Assembly: GCF_001194135.2 (NCBI RefSeq)
Contig: NC_068984.1
Location: forward strand, 124,843,362-124,884,951
From: Octopus bimaculoides
Lineage: Eukaryota
Length of the DNA: 41,590 nucleotides
Direction of reading: 5' to 3'
Shown here piece after piece: positions 1 to 11,002 of the stretch. Numbering within the stretch: the first letter of the stretch is position 1; the number at the start of each line of letters is the position of its first letter. A model generated the notes under the pieces. The model saw only the letters and a program-made list of their open reading frames with translations. It was not told where the DNA came from and made no database searches. The position numbers and the translations under genes are program-made.

Positions 1-23
1 CTGTATGTATGTACGTATGTATG

Positions 24-89
<66 letters not shown>

Positions 90-112
90 CGTGCGTGTGT
101 GTGCGTGTGCGT
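1..112. repeat. Compound microsatellite (TATG)n-(TA)n-(TG)n
   Basis: Directly visible simple repeats. Confidence 0.95.
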
Positions 113-409
113 ACAAATTATTAAGGTGGCTATTCGCAATTTTAAAATAAAAAAGTACTTGTATAATCGTCACTAAATTGACTAAGGATGCAAATCAGAA
201 CCAGCATTGCAAGAAATAAGAGCCAAAATAACTCTTAGCCACGGGCAAAACACGTATCTATTGACTGACAAGGGAGAACAGCCTCCCTACAAGCGAGGAG
301 TGTGAGACTATCGATGATTTCCGATTGAATTAATCTTTATCATTCACACTTACTCCGTTGTCTAGAGTTTAACTGAACTCGCCTTAAGCCTTGTACTTAC
401 TTTGTTTGT

Positions 410-780
410 CTCTTGTTCCCCAAACGCTAACACACCAACACCGGTTGTCAATCGGTGGTGGAGGACAAACACAGGCACAAAGACACAGACAGACACACAC
501 ACACACACACACATATATACATACACACATATTCACATACACGTGCACTCACATACACATATGTATATGTATATATATGTGTATGTGTGTGTGTCTGTGT
601 GTGTGTGTGTATCTTTGCATGTATGTAAACATACGATGAGCTTCTTTAAGTTTCCGTGTACCAAGACATTGGTCTGGCTGAGATTACAGTAGAAGATAGA
701 TGCCCAAGGTGCCGCGCTGTAGGACTGAACCCGGAACCGAGTGGTTGGGAAGTAAGTTTCTTACAACACAGCTACGCCTG
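410..780 (-). mobile_element. SINE family A, diverged copy with expanded internal (CA)/(TA)/(TG) core
   Basis: Colinear by eye with the copy at 6222-6626 (GGACAAACACAG ... CCCAAGGTGCC ... GGACTGAACCCGGAACC). Ends approximate. Confidence 0.85.
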
Positions 781-2374
781 AAAAAAAAATTCTTATCTGT
801 CTTAAGCCGAAATTTACTGAGGTCTTCGTTCAAAAATATACAAGTGGAAAATATAAATAAAACAATAATTTCACGAGAACCATCTTAATACAGGAATACG
901 TAAAGAAAAGAAAATTGGTTACCATGAAATTTCTCGTAAAAACTTCTGCAGGTCTTGTATTTACACTTAACAGCAAGACAATTATTCTTCCTTCGCTGTA
1001 AATAGAATGTTTTTTCAAATCCCATGAGCATTATTGAAGAAGTAACAGCGACGACACCGATGACAATAACAATAACAATAACAACAATTTTTTTACTGCT
1101 ACTACTAATATGGCTAAGTAATAATGAGATGAATGACAAAAATAACAACAAAAAAAAACAATAATATATTAGAGAAAAAGAAGCAAAAAAAAAACCGAGA
1201 CAATCCCTCATATTGACCTTATTTGAAAAGAAATATTCCAAGAGCATAGTCAAAATCTTCTCTGGGGAAAGAGAATGACGATGTTTGCAAACTGTAAACG
1301 CACCCTCGCAGAGACACACACACACACACACACGCACACACATACACATTCGAAAGCATGCACGTGCGCACACATGAACGCAGACACACGAGCGCACACT
1401 CGGGTACACTAGTACACATGCAAAAGCACGCGCGTACACAGTCACACGAGTACATGTATGTGTGTGTAGATAGATATAGACACACAGTTAGACAGACAGA
1501 CAGATAGACAGATAAATGCACTTGTATATATGTATAGATATATATATATATATACAACTGTGTATATATATNNNNNNNNNNNNNNNNNNNNNNNNNNNNN
1601 NNNNNNNNNNNNNNNNNNNNNNNNNNNNNNNNNNNNNNNNNNNNNNNNNNNNNNNNNNNNNNNNNNNNNNNNNNNNNNNNNNNNNNNNNNNNNNNNNNNN
1701 NNNNNNNNNNNNNNNNNNNNNNNNNNNNNNNNNNNNNNNNNNNNNNNNNNNNNNNNNNNNNNNNNNNNNNNNNNNNNNNNNNNNNNNNNNNNNNNNNNNN
1801 NNNNNNNNNNNNNNNNNNNNNNNNNNNNNNNNNNNNNNNNNNNNNNNNNNNNNNNNNNNNNNNNNNNNNNNNNNNNNNNNNNNNNNNNNNNNNNNNNNNN
1901 NNNNNNNNNNNNNNNNNNNNNNNNNNNNNNNNNNNNNNNNNNNNNNNNNNNNNNNNNNNNNNNNNNNNNNNNNNNNNNNNNNNNNNNNNNNNNNNNNNNN
2001 NNNNNNNNNNNNNNNNNNNNNNNNNNNNNNNNNNNNNNNNNNNNNNNNNNNNNNNNNNNNNNNNNNNNNNNNNNNNNNNNNNNNNNNNNNNNNNNNNNNN
2101 NNNNNNNNNNNNNNNNNNNNNNNGTAGGTTGGTACTATGTATGTACGTATGTATGTATGTATGTATGTATGTAGATATGTACGTATGTATGCATGTGCAT
2201 TTACTTTTGGCTGCATCTTTAATATTATACAGTCAGCAATTTGGCTGGGTAACAAACTGTAAAGCGAGCAAACGTTACCTCCACTATTATTCCAGTTTAT
2301 GCTATCAGTTCACGTTATCAAACACATTTATACTATATACTTGGAGTAAAGTTTTCATATATATACAATATAGA

Positions 2375-2547
2375 TTTTTCTGCTCTTGACAGAAATTGTA
2401 GTCGATTACATCGACCCTACTGCTAAAACTGTACTTATTTGATCGACTCTGAAATGTTGAATGACAAAGTCAACATCGGAGCATAAGCCGGAAGAAATTC
2501 CTCTACGCATTTTGTCCAGTATACCGATTCTACCAGCTCGCCGCCTC
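2375..2547 (-). mobile_element. SINE family B, diverged copy
   Basis: Reverse complement of the B head (CCAGCTCGCCGCCT at ~2533-2546) and body (AGTCGATTACATCGAC ... GTACTTATT). Confidence 0.8.
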
Positions 2548-2551
2548 ATAT

Positions 2552-2763
2552 AATCCTATTTTGGCACAAAGCCAGCAATTTTCATGAGTTGGGAACTCGA
2601 TTACATGGATTTCAGTCCTCAACTGCTGCTTATTTCATGGATCCGGCAAGGATGAAAGGCAAAGCCAAACATAGGTGGAAACTGGACTCAGAATGTGAAG
2701 ATAAGCGAAATGCCTCTGTTTTTTTTTTAACCCAGCGTACTAACGGTTCAACCAGCTCACCAT
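2552..2763 (-). mobile_element. SINE family B, diverged copy in tandem with the previous one
   Basis: AAGGATGAAAGGCAAAG and ACTCAGAATGT body motifs; GGCACAAAGCCAGCAATT tail. Confidence 0.75.
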
Positions 2764-2822
2764 GTTTGCAATTAGAAAGCGAAAGAAAACACTTCGAGCG
2801 TTGTTTAATATCTAGAGATAAT

Positions 2823-3203
2823 GTTCGCACTCCGTCGCTTACGACGTCGAGGGTTCCAGTTGATCCGATCAACGGAACAGCCTGCTCGTGAAATTAACGT
2901 GCAAATGGCTGAGCACTCCACAGACACGTGTACCCTTAACGTAGTTATCGGGGATATTCAGCGTGACACAGTGTGACAAGGCTGACCCTTTGAATTACAG
3001 GCACAACAGAAACAGGAAGTAAGAGTGAGAGAAAGTTGTGGTGAAAGAGTACAGCAGGGTTCGCCACCATCCCCTGCCGGAGCCTCGTGGAGCTTTAGGT
3101 GTTTTCGCTCAATAAACACTCACAACGCCCGGTCTGGGAATCGAAACGGCGATCCTATGACCGCGAGTCCGCTGCCCTAACCACTGGGCCATTGCACCTC
3201 CAC
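2823..3203 (-). mobile_element. SINE family D, full-length tRNA-derived SINE (381 bp) with 11-bp TSD
   Basis: Minus-strand head has A box TGGCCCAGTGG (3191-3181) and B box GTTTCGATTCC (3147-3137). Perfect direct repeat CTAGAGATAAT at 2812-2822 and 3204-3214. Confidence 0.92.
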
Positions 3204-3705
3204 CTAGAGATAATAAGCATAGGGCATTACGCCAATAATATTTCAGCCCAGAATTTTTGTTAAAGCTTTAAAGGCTCAAGTGAGGGCCACAGAGATATAT
3301 TGCTGTCAACTCTGGGATGATACAGCTGCTGCACTAACCACGATATACAGGAATTTCCCCCAGAACATCACCTTCTCCCACTCCAAACATCTCCATGCTC
3401 ATGTCTTTCTTGCAATTTAATAGCGCGCACGAACTCACACACACACGGCATATATTTGTCACCACAGTTCAACTTTCATCGAATAAGCCTGCATTCCTTC
3501 TGTAACCATTCATCAGGAATCTGCTATTTAATGTAGTCTTACTTCCAATTGGTGCCCACGTAGAAGTGCATAATATTTCTAGCAAGTGTAGCTTCTTACT
3601 TACAGCTTTAGGTAGGATTTTGGTACCTTAGTGGGAGTTTTATCGAATGTAAAGGTATTTTATACGGTTCGGTATACATTATGTAGGTAGTATTAAATAA
3701 AAATA

Positions 3706-4136
3706 AGGCGGCGAGCTGGCAGAAACGTTAGCACGCCGGGCGAAATGCTAAACCGTATTTCGTCTGCCGCTACGTTCTGAGTTCAAATTCCGCCGAGGTC
3801 GACTTTGACTTTTATTCTTTCGGGGTCGATTAAATAAGTACCAGTTACGCACTGGGGTCGATATAATCGACTTAATCCGTTTGTCTGTCCTTGTTTGTCC
3901 CCTCTGTGTGTAGCACCTTGTGGGCAGTAAAGAAATAAGAAACGTTAGCACGCTAGGCGAAATGCTTAGCGGTATTTCGTCCGTCTTTACGTTCTGAGTT
4001 CAAATTCCACCGAGGTCGACTTTGCCTTTTATCCTTTCAGAGTCGATAAATTAAGTACCACTTGCGTACTGGAGTCCATCAAATCGACCGGCCCCTTCCC
4101 AAAAATTTCGGGTCTTGTGCCTAGAGTAGAAAAAAA
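3706..4136 (+). mobile_element. Dimeric SINE B (full monomer plus 5'-truncated monomer) with 17-bp TSD
   Basis: Head AGGCGGCGAGCTGGCAGAAACG (A-box-like) and GAGTTCAAATTCC (B box); second monomer starts ~3938. Flanks AGTATTAAATAAAAATA (3689-3705) and AGTATTAAATTAGAATA (4137-4153) match at 15/17. Confidence 0.9.
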
Positions 4137-4574
4137 AGTATTAAATTAGAATAGTATTATACTTATGTATTATATTTAATGTATTCACACTTTCGATAGG
4201 CCAGTTACAACGATATTCAACCTGAGATAACAATGGCCTGTATTCGGCTGAATAAAAATCAGGTATATGAAATTCAGGCACTATTAAATTTGAAAAAGCC
4301 ATCTATATGTCATACCGGATTTTTATTCATCCGAGCGGGTAACAGCAGCAACAGCGAATGTTTCGTTCACTATTTCCTATATTGGTAGGCGACGAGTCGT
4401 AATCGTGTAGCTGGGTGTGACTACACATCATTGAAAAGGCCATGAAAAGTCGAAATGCATCCTAACGTTCTCGTTAGTTGTTGGTGGGAAGATTCTTCGT
4501 CTCCCTCCGATATTTATTGTCTGTTTTTGTTTGTTTTTGTTTTAGCACAGCACGTCTGTGGTAGATCTTTTATC

Positions 4575-4740
4575 TTTCACTTGTTTCAGTCATTTGTCAG
4601 AGGCCATGCTGGGGCACCCCCTGGAAGAACTTTTTTCTGGTACTTATTCTTCTGTTCTCTTTTGCCTGGACGTAAACACATCGACGCCAGTTGTCTAGCA
4701 GGGGTCGAGACAAACACATACACTAACACAGACGCACGCA

Positions 4741-4821
<81 letters not shown>

Positions 4822-4975
4822 ACCACACTTGCACGTATACGATGAGTTTCTTTCAGCTTCTGATTTTGGTCAGCCCGAAGTGATTGTGGAAGACACTTGC
4901 CCAAGGTGTCACACCATGAGACTGAACCCGGAATCATGCGGTTGGAAGGCAAATTTCTTATCACACAGTCACGCT
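4575..4975 (-). mobile_element. SINE family A with (CA)n core (4745-4819)
   Basis: TTGTTTCAGTCATTTG ... GCCATGCTGG at the left; CCCAAGGTGTCAC ... GACTGAACCCGGAA at the right. Confidence 0.85.
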
Positions 4976-5656
4976 TGTTATCTCAGGATGAATACCGCAA
5001 TAACCGGCCTACCAAAGGTTCTAACTAAATAAGATGCATTGATGGCTTTTGTACAGTGTTTGACAAAAGGTTAGACTTTCTCTGTTGACAGCCCTTTTCG
5101 GCTTCCATATATTATTTGTTCCTTCAATGGTAGTTTAGTTGGGATACCCAAAACAGCTGCGTGTATGTAACAAAGATTTCCTCCAGCTATTTGTTTCTGT
5201 TACTTCTCAGTGACAAACCGATTAACCCCCTACGAAACGTTTAGATTTGATAAATACATTAATCAATGTCGAACTTAAGAAAGTCCGTACATTCTTGTTA
5301 TAAAATATAAAACGAAACACAAATCATTGGAAGACTTGTTGGTTGTTGATAGATATTGCAGACATTGCCAAATGTTCAGACAGAATTTCCGTCGAATATT
5401 TGGTCAAGTAAGCCATTGAAAGCAGACAGATAATGTGTTATGTCGCCAGCCGCCGCCCAGGCACCTACTGTGTTGTTGTCATCGGTCAGAGGTGGCTGTA
5501 GTTACAGGATGGTGGCCGAAAGGATGGGAGAGGAGGTGGGATTTCAATGATCTGTCTAGAAAGAAAAGAAATTTCCCGGCTTCAGAAAAGAAACCGGAGA
5601 TGGAGAAGAAGAAAAAAAGAACCTAAGAAAAATAAGGAAGGGAGAAAGGAAAAGAA

Positions 5657-5730
5657 AGAAGAAGAAGAAGAAGAAGAAGAAGAAGAAGAAGAAGAAGAAG
5701 AAGAAGAAGAAGAAGAAGAAGAAGAAGAAG

Positions 5731-5762
<32 letters not shown>
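5657..5762. repeat. (GAA)n followed by (CAA)n microsatellite
   Basis: Directly visible. Confidence 0.97.
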
Positions 5763-6044
5763 GACGGTAAATAGGCGGTACAGACACAAAACGGAGAGAC
5801 TGAAGCAAAAAAAAAAAAAGAATAGGAACATAGAAAAAAAGGGGACCCAGTTATAGGAGGAGAGTGACAAAATACGGGAAGTGGGGTCAGAAGGATAAAA
5901 GGACTGGATATATGGAATATAAGAAGAGAAGCTTTAAAGTAATGAATGTTGTTTCCAGGAGATGAAATACAGACTGAGGTTTCGATATTATGGCACCCCT
6001 ATTTTTTAAGTATTTTAGGTCTATTGTTTGTTTAAACAGCGGTG

Positions 6045-6128
6045 TTATGTACCAGTGAAGCACTGGGGATCGACATCATCGACTTAATACTTCCCCCTAA
6101 ATTTCTGGTTTTGTGCGAAATTTTGAAA
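6045..6128 (+). mobile_element. SINE B 3' fragment
   Basis: GTACCAGTGAAGCACTGGGGATCGACATCATCGACT followed by a TTGTGCGAAATTTTGAAATC tail. Confidence 0.65.
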
Positions 6129-6221
6129 TCTATATATTTGATTCGGGGAGAATATTTAATATAATTATGCAATGAGAAAAATATGTTAACCAATAACTAT
6201 TTGTTTCATGTTTGCCAACCA

Positions 6222-6626
6222 CTCTTTTACTCTTTTACTTGTTTCAGTCATTTGACTGCGGCCATGCTGGAGCACCACCTTTAGTCGAGCAAATCGACTC
6301 CAGGACTTATTCTTTGGATGCCTAGTACTTATTCTATCGGTCTCTTTTGCCGAACCGCTAGGTTACGGGGACGTAAACACACCAGCATCGGTTGTCAAAC
6401 GATGTTGGGGGACAAACACAGACACACAAACATACACACACACACATATATATATACATATATATACGACGGGCTTCTTTCAGTTTCCGTCTACCAAATC
6501 CACTCACAAGGCTTTGGTCGGCCCGAGGCTATAGTAGAAGACACTTGCCCAAGGTGCCACGCAGTAGGACTGAACCCGGAACCATGTGGTTGGTAAGCAA
6601 GCTACTTACCACACAGCCACTCCTGC
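6222..6626 (-). mobile_element. SINE family A, best-preserved copy (~405 bp)
   Basis: Minus strand begins GCAGGAGTGGCTGTGTGGTAAG (A box TGGCTGTGTGG), has B-box-like GGTTCAGTCC (6576-6567), a short internal (TA)/(TG) core, and ends in a tandem AAAAGAGTAAAAGAG tail. Confidence 0.92.
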
Positions 6627-6773
6627 AAATTTATATGCAGGCATATCTGTGAGGTTAGGAAGCTTGCTTTGCAACGATGTGTATTCAGGTTAAGTCTTCT
6701 ACTATAGCCCAGTAGAACGATTTGTGAACGAAGTTGGTAAACGGAAACTGTATGGGATCCAGTCGTATATATA

Positions 6774-6984
6774 CGAGGGAATGGTAAAAATTTCCTGGCT
6801 TCAAGAGTTTCGCGAAAGGCCTGGTTAGAGGCCCAACATTCCGAGTTCTTCTACAGGGCTTAGAAAGACCGAAGGAGTGCTGCAATAAGTGTGTGAATTC
6901 GAGAGGGGATAATGTGGAATAAAATCATAATTAAATGACATCCCTACATTTTCTTTTACCCAAAGGCAGGTATTTTTCAACCAC

Positions 6985-6988
<4 letters not shown>
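6774..6988 (+). mobile_element. Non-autonomous mariner-like element retaining the transposase C-terminal codons
   Basis: Starts TA|CGAGGGAATGGTAAAAATTTCCTGGCTT; degenerate inverted counterpart AAGGCAGGTATTTTTCAACCACTCTC (~6963-6988). Bases 6854-6922 read QGLERPKECCNKCVNSRGDNVE*, similar to the mariner C-terminus (GI.KL..RW.KC....G.Y.E). Confidence 0.7.
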
Positions 6989-7128
<140 letters not shown>

Positions 7129-7527
7129 CCCCTAAATTATATAAATCCTCATTAATTTAAAAAATGATTAACCGAAATTCTGATCTGATCTGATCTCGCA
7201 GTGAGAGCTAAAACCGGATATATTTTCCGGTTTAACTGGACACCAAATAAATAAACACCAAAAATTTATTCATTCCATATGAATTGCTCAAGTACGAATT
7301 CTCAGTTCTTATTTGCTCAAAAGACGGATTCCGTTTAAATTGAATTTGGACTTGGAATCCTGTTGAAAATCTATTACATGCTTGTATTTAGGCAATGGTT
7401 CATTCAACATAACCACCTTATCTATTAAGCTTACATTCTGTCTACTCACATTCTTATCTATCTACCTATCTGTCTGTCTTGTTCTGTGTGTGTTTGACTT
7501 AGAAAGGAGATAATCAATTCGAAAGAT

Positions 7528-7530
<3 letters not shown>

Positions 7531-7567
<37 letters not shown>

Positions 7568-7661
7568 TGTGCGTGCATGTGTATATAATGCTAAAAATAG
7601 ATAGGCTGGTGATGGATGGATGGATGGATGGATAGATAGATAAGTACTTAGATTGAAAAAC

Positions 7662-7730
<69 letters not shown>

Positions 7731-7768
7731 NNNNNNNNNNNNNNNNNNNNNNNNNNNNNNNNNNNNNN

Positions 7769-7815
<47 letters not shown>

Positions 7816-7822
7816 CACACAA
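7531..7822. repeat. Compound (TG)n-(GGAT)n-(GATA)n-gap-(TA)n block
   Basis: Directly visible; N-gap at 7731-7768. Confidence 0.93.
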
Positions 7823-8357
7823 AGATAAGTAAATAAATAAAATAGGAAAAACAAAGGGCGAAGTGATAGAAGAGGGCAGAAAAGTTAAGTGAAATATCTG
7901 AGGTCTTGACTTAAAAAAAAATCTCGCACTATGTCGGTCTTAACGAGTTGTTTGAACCGTCCATCAAAAAAGGGCAACCATCACGCAAGAAGGCATATCA
8001 AGAATGAACATCTTGTTAGCATTATGGAATTCCAGTCGTGCTTGCCAATTAGTAGCTATCTCAGGTATCCATAGCAATTCTTCTACGTCATTTACCAAAC
8101 TCTAAACTCCTATTTTCTTACTTCTTGCTTCATTTACGACGAATTGATATATTGCATGGGTATGTGTATGTACGTATGTATTTATCTATTAATCTATGAA
8201 CACACACACACACACACACACACATACACACATTCGTTGATTTGTGATTATTTCAAAGTTTTTTTTGTTTATATTGTTTGTTTTATTTGTATATTGCCAT
8301 TAATCTACTCTTGAAGTGGTTTCTAGTTAATTCTTTTCTTAGATTTTCAAATTCTCC

Positions 8358-8358
<1 letters not shown>

Positions 8359-8389
<31 letters not shown>

Positions 8390-8413
8390 TTATCTAGATA
8401 GATAGATAGATAT

Positions 8414-8451
<38 letters not shown>
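8359..8451. repeat. (TATC)n abutting its reverse complement (GATA)n
   Basis: Orientation switches at TATCT|AGATA (8391-8400). Confidence 0.93.
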
Positions 8452-8613
8452 NNNNNNNNNNACCAACCTAACTACCTTGTCAATTTGTCTATCTATCTAT
8501 CTACCTGTCTATCTGTCTGTCTGTCTGTGTGTCTGTCTGTATGTCTGTCTGTCTGTTTGTCTGTCTGTCTGAATCCTTGGATCTTACCTTTCCATATAAT
8601 TATGCGCGCGCGC

Positions 8614-8665
<52 letters not shown>

Positions 8666-9619
8666 CACTTTATTGCTGTAGATGCTTTAGATTCGCAGCG
8701 AATATATATATATACTGAATCTGATAACATAAAATACGCTCGGGAGTATTCGACGCATCCCAATTCCAACTACGTATATTCAGGGAAAACGTTTTTATTG
8801 TATTAAAGCATCTACTATAAGCCCAACTTCGCATATCAGACCTGAGGTAATTCTTTTGAGATATATTTTCGGCAAAAATGAATCTTATATGCCATCAAAT
8901 ACGGTACATATCTGTTTGAAAAAGAAAAGGTGCTCTTAAGCTTTGAGTAATGGAAATACGATGCTGTAGCTGCCATACTTTTGTTCAGAACATCAGTGGG
9001 ATAAGTGAAGTGGCTTCAGTTAGGAAATGAAACCGTATTAATCAATGTATCTATCAGTCGTTAACCTTTTGTTTATTTCTCTAAATACCTGTTTATCAGA
9101 TCGTCTGTATATATCGTATTTATAGATTCAGAGACACGAGAAAAGCCACAGCTAATGAAACGGATTTGCTTGAAGCTTATTTAAACAAATAACCCCTTAG
9201 AATAATTCCAAAACTCCGACTGCGAAAAGTAAACAGACAAGCACAGATGACAAGGGCCACATGTGGAGAACTGACCCCTTAATGAATAATGACCAGGGGT
9301 TGAGAGTAGTCGCATTATATCGGTGTCCAGTTGATTGTTAGCGTTATCTATTTACAAGAATGCAATATGAAACTTTTTGGACGGATGAAATTTTGTCTGT
9401 TTGTAAACAGATATTTGGAGTGTTTGGATTTAAAGAAACTGAGATAGGGATTTAAATTAGGGACAAAAACATGCTTTGTTTTGTGGATCCTATGAACGAA
9501 TGTTTTGACTATACACGTGGTTCCATAGAGGATTACAGATAAAAGTGAAGAACTTATCAGAAACAAGAGTCCAATTATTGGAAATAAGCGTGTCTATGGA
9601 TACATCTTTTATATTTTCA

Positions 9620-9778
9620 TCTTTTCACTTGTTTCAGTCATCAGACTACAGCCAATTGACCCCAATACTTTTCTTTGTTTTTTTTTTCTATCGGACGATT
9701 TTGCAGAATTGCTAACGTTACGAGGACGTAAATACATCAACACAGTTGTCAAGTGGTGATGGACACGGACACACACAC

Positions 9779-9826
<48 letters not shown>

Positions 9827-10400
9827 NNNNNNNNNNNNNNNNNNNNNNNNNNNNNNNNNNNNNNNNNNNNNNNNNNNNNNNNNNNNNNNNNNNNNNNNNN
9901 NNNNNNNNNNNNNNNNNNNNNNNNNNNNNNNNNNNNNNNNNNNNNNNNNNNNNNNNNNNNNNNNNNNNNNNNNNNNNNNNNNNNNNNNNNNNNNNNNNNN
10001 NNNNNNNNNNNNNNNNNNNNNNNNNNNNNNNNNNNNNNNNNNNNNNNNNNNNNNNNNNNNNNNNNNNNNNNNNNNNNNNNNNNNNNNNNNNNNNNNNNNN
10101 NNNNNNNNNNNNNNNNNNNNNNNNNNNNNNNNNNNNNNNNNNNNNNNNNNNNNNNNNNNNNNNNNNNNNNNNNNNNNNNNNNNNNNNNNNNNNNNNNNNN
10201 NNNNNNNNNNNNNNNNNNNNNNNNNNNNNNNNNNNNNNNNNNNNTATATATACATATTTATATATTTATATATACGATGGGCTTCTTTCAGTTTCCGTCT
10301 ACGAAATCCACTCACAGGGCTTCAGTCGGCCCGAGGCTATGATAGGAGACATTTACCCAAGTTGCCACGCAGTAGGATTCAACCCAAAGCCATGTTCGGG
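9620..10400 (-). mobile_element. SINE family A; microsatellite core contains an assembly gap (9827-10244)
   Basis: A-family 3' half left of the gap; GGGCTTCTTTCAGTTTCCGTCTAC ... GCCACGCAGTAGGA right of it. Confidence 0.8.
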
Positions 10401-10732
10401 TTACCTCAGAGCCATGCCTACCATTCTTCTAAACTTTCAAAGCGCTCACAAAGATATATAAGAATTTTTCGGTCATGTGCTTGTCTAGCGAGTGATTTGA
10501 TTTGCGACCGTGTTTTGAGACTAAAACAAACAGCGTGGAAGACACATATTAGCTATTTAAAACCACACAAAAACTGTTAACTACAAAAATTTGTTAAAAA
10601 TTAGTGGATTTAAAATTTCTATATTTGCAATAATAAGAGAAAAATATTTCGTGTTTTAATATCTATTAGCAGAATACAGAAGCTAACCAAATAAACAGAC
10701 ATGCAGTTTTGAAATGACACAAAACATTAGCA

Positions 10733-10930
10733 ATATTGGTTTCACATTTCGGCAGAAGACCAGCAATTTCATGGGAGTGGGTAAGTTGGTTAAACTGACT
10801 TCAGTGCTTAAATGGTACTAATTTTATCGACACCAAAAGGATAAAAGGCAAAGCCGACCTCGGCGGAATTTCAACTCAGAACGTAAGGACGGACGAAATA
10901 CTTCAAAGCATTCTGCCCGTCTTCAGACGT
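10733..10930 (-). mobile_element. SINE family B
   Basis: AAAGGATAAAAGGCAAAGCCGACCTCGGCGGAATTTCAACTCAGAACGTAA is the reverse complement of the B body. Confidence 0.85.
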
Positions 10931-10947
10931 TGGTAGTATCACGGCTG

Positions 10948-11002
10948 AGCCTAGGTCTTTTATCCTTTCGGAGTTGACGAAATAAGTACCAGTTGAACAC
11001 TG
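10948..11002 (+). mobile_element. SINE B body fragment at the truncation point of the gag remnant
   Basis: CTTTTATCCTTTCGGAGTTGACGAAATAAGTACCAGTTGAACACTG. Confidence 0.75.

Noticed and set aside
885-1445. 186-aa ORF and the many similar CV/HT/YI/poly-X ORFs in the track
   Set aside because: They are translations of di- and trinucleotide microsatellites, which lack stops in several frames; no domain signal.
1488-2255. Long ORFs spanning N runs (also at 9746, 12636, 17654, 27977, 31183, 36263, 37870)
   Set aside because: They are open only because the gaps are translated as X.
2589-2891. 100-aa ORF with ordinary-looking composition
   Set aside because: It lies on the antisense strand of SINE B and SINE D copies.
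3120-3203. tRNA gene (also the heads at 6626, 21955, 30153 and 40141)
   Set aside because: A and B boxes are present, but I could not form an acceptor stem or cloverleaf, and each head continues into a SINE body (TSD-bounded at 2823-3203).
7211-7233. 8-bp hairpin AAACCGGA-7nt-TCCGGTTT as a Helitron end or terminator
   Set aside because: Short stem, atypical spacing to a CTRR, no matching 5' end; expected by chance.
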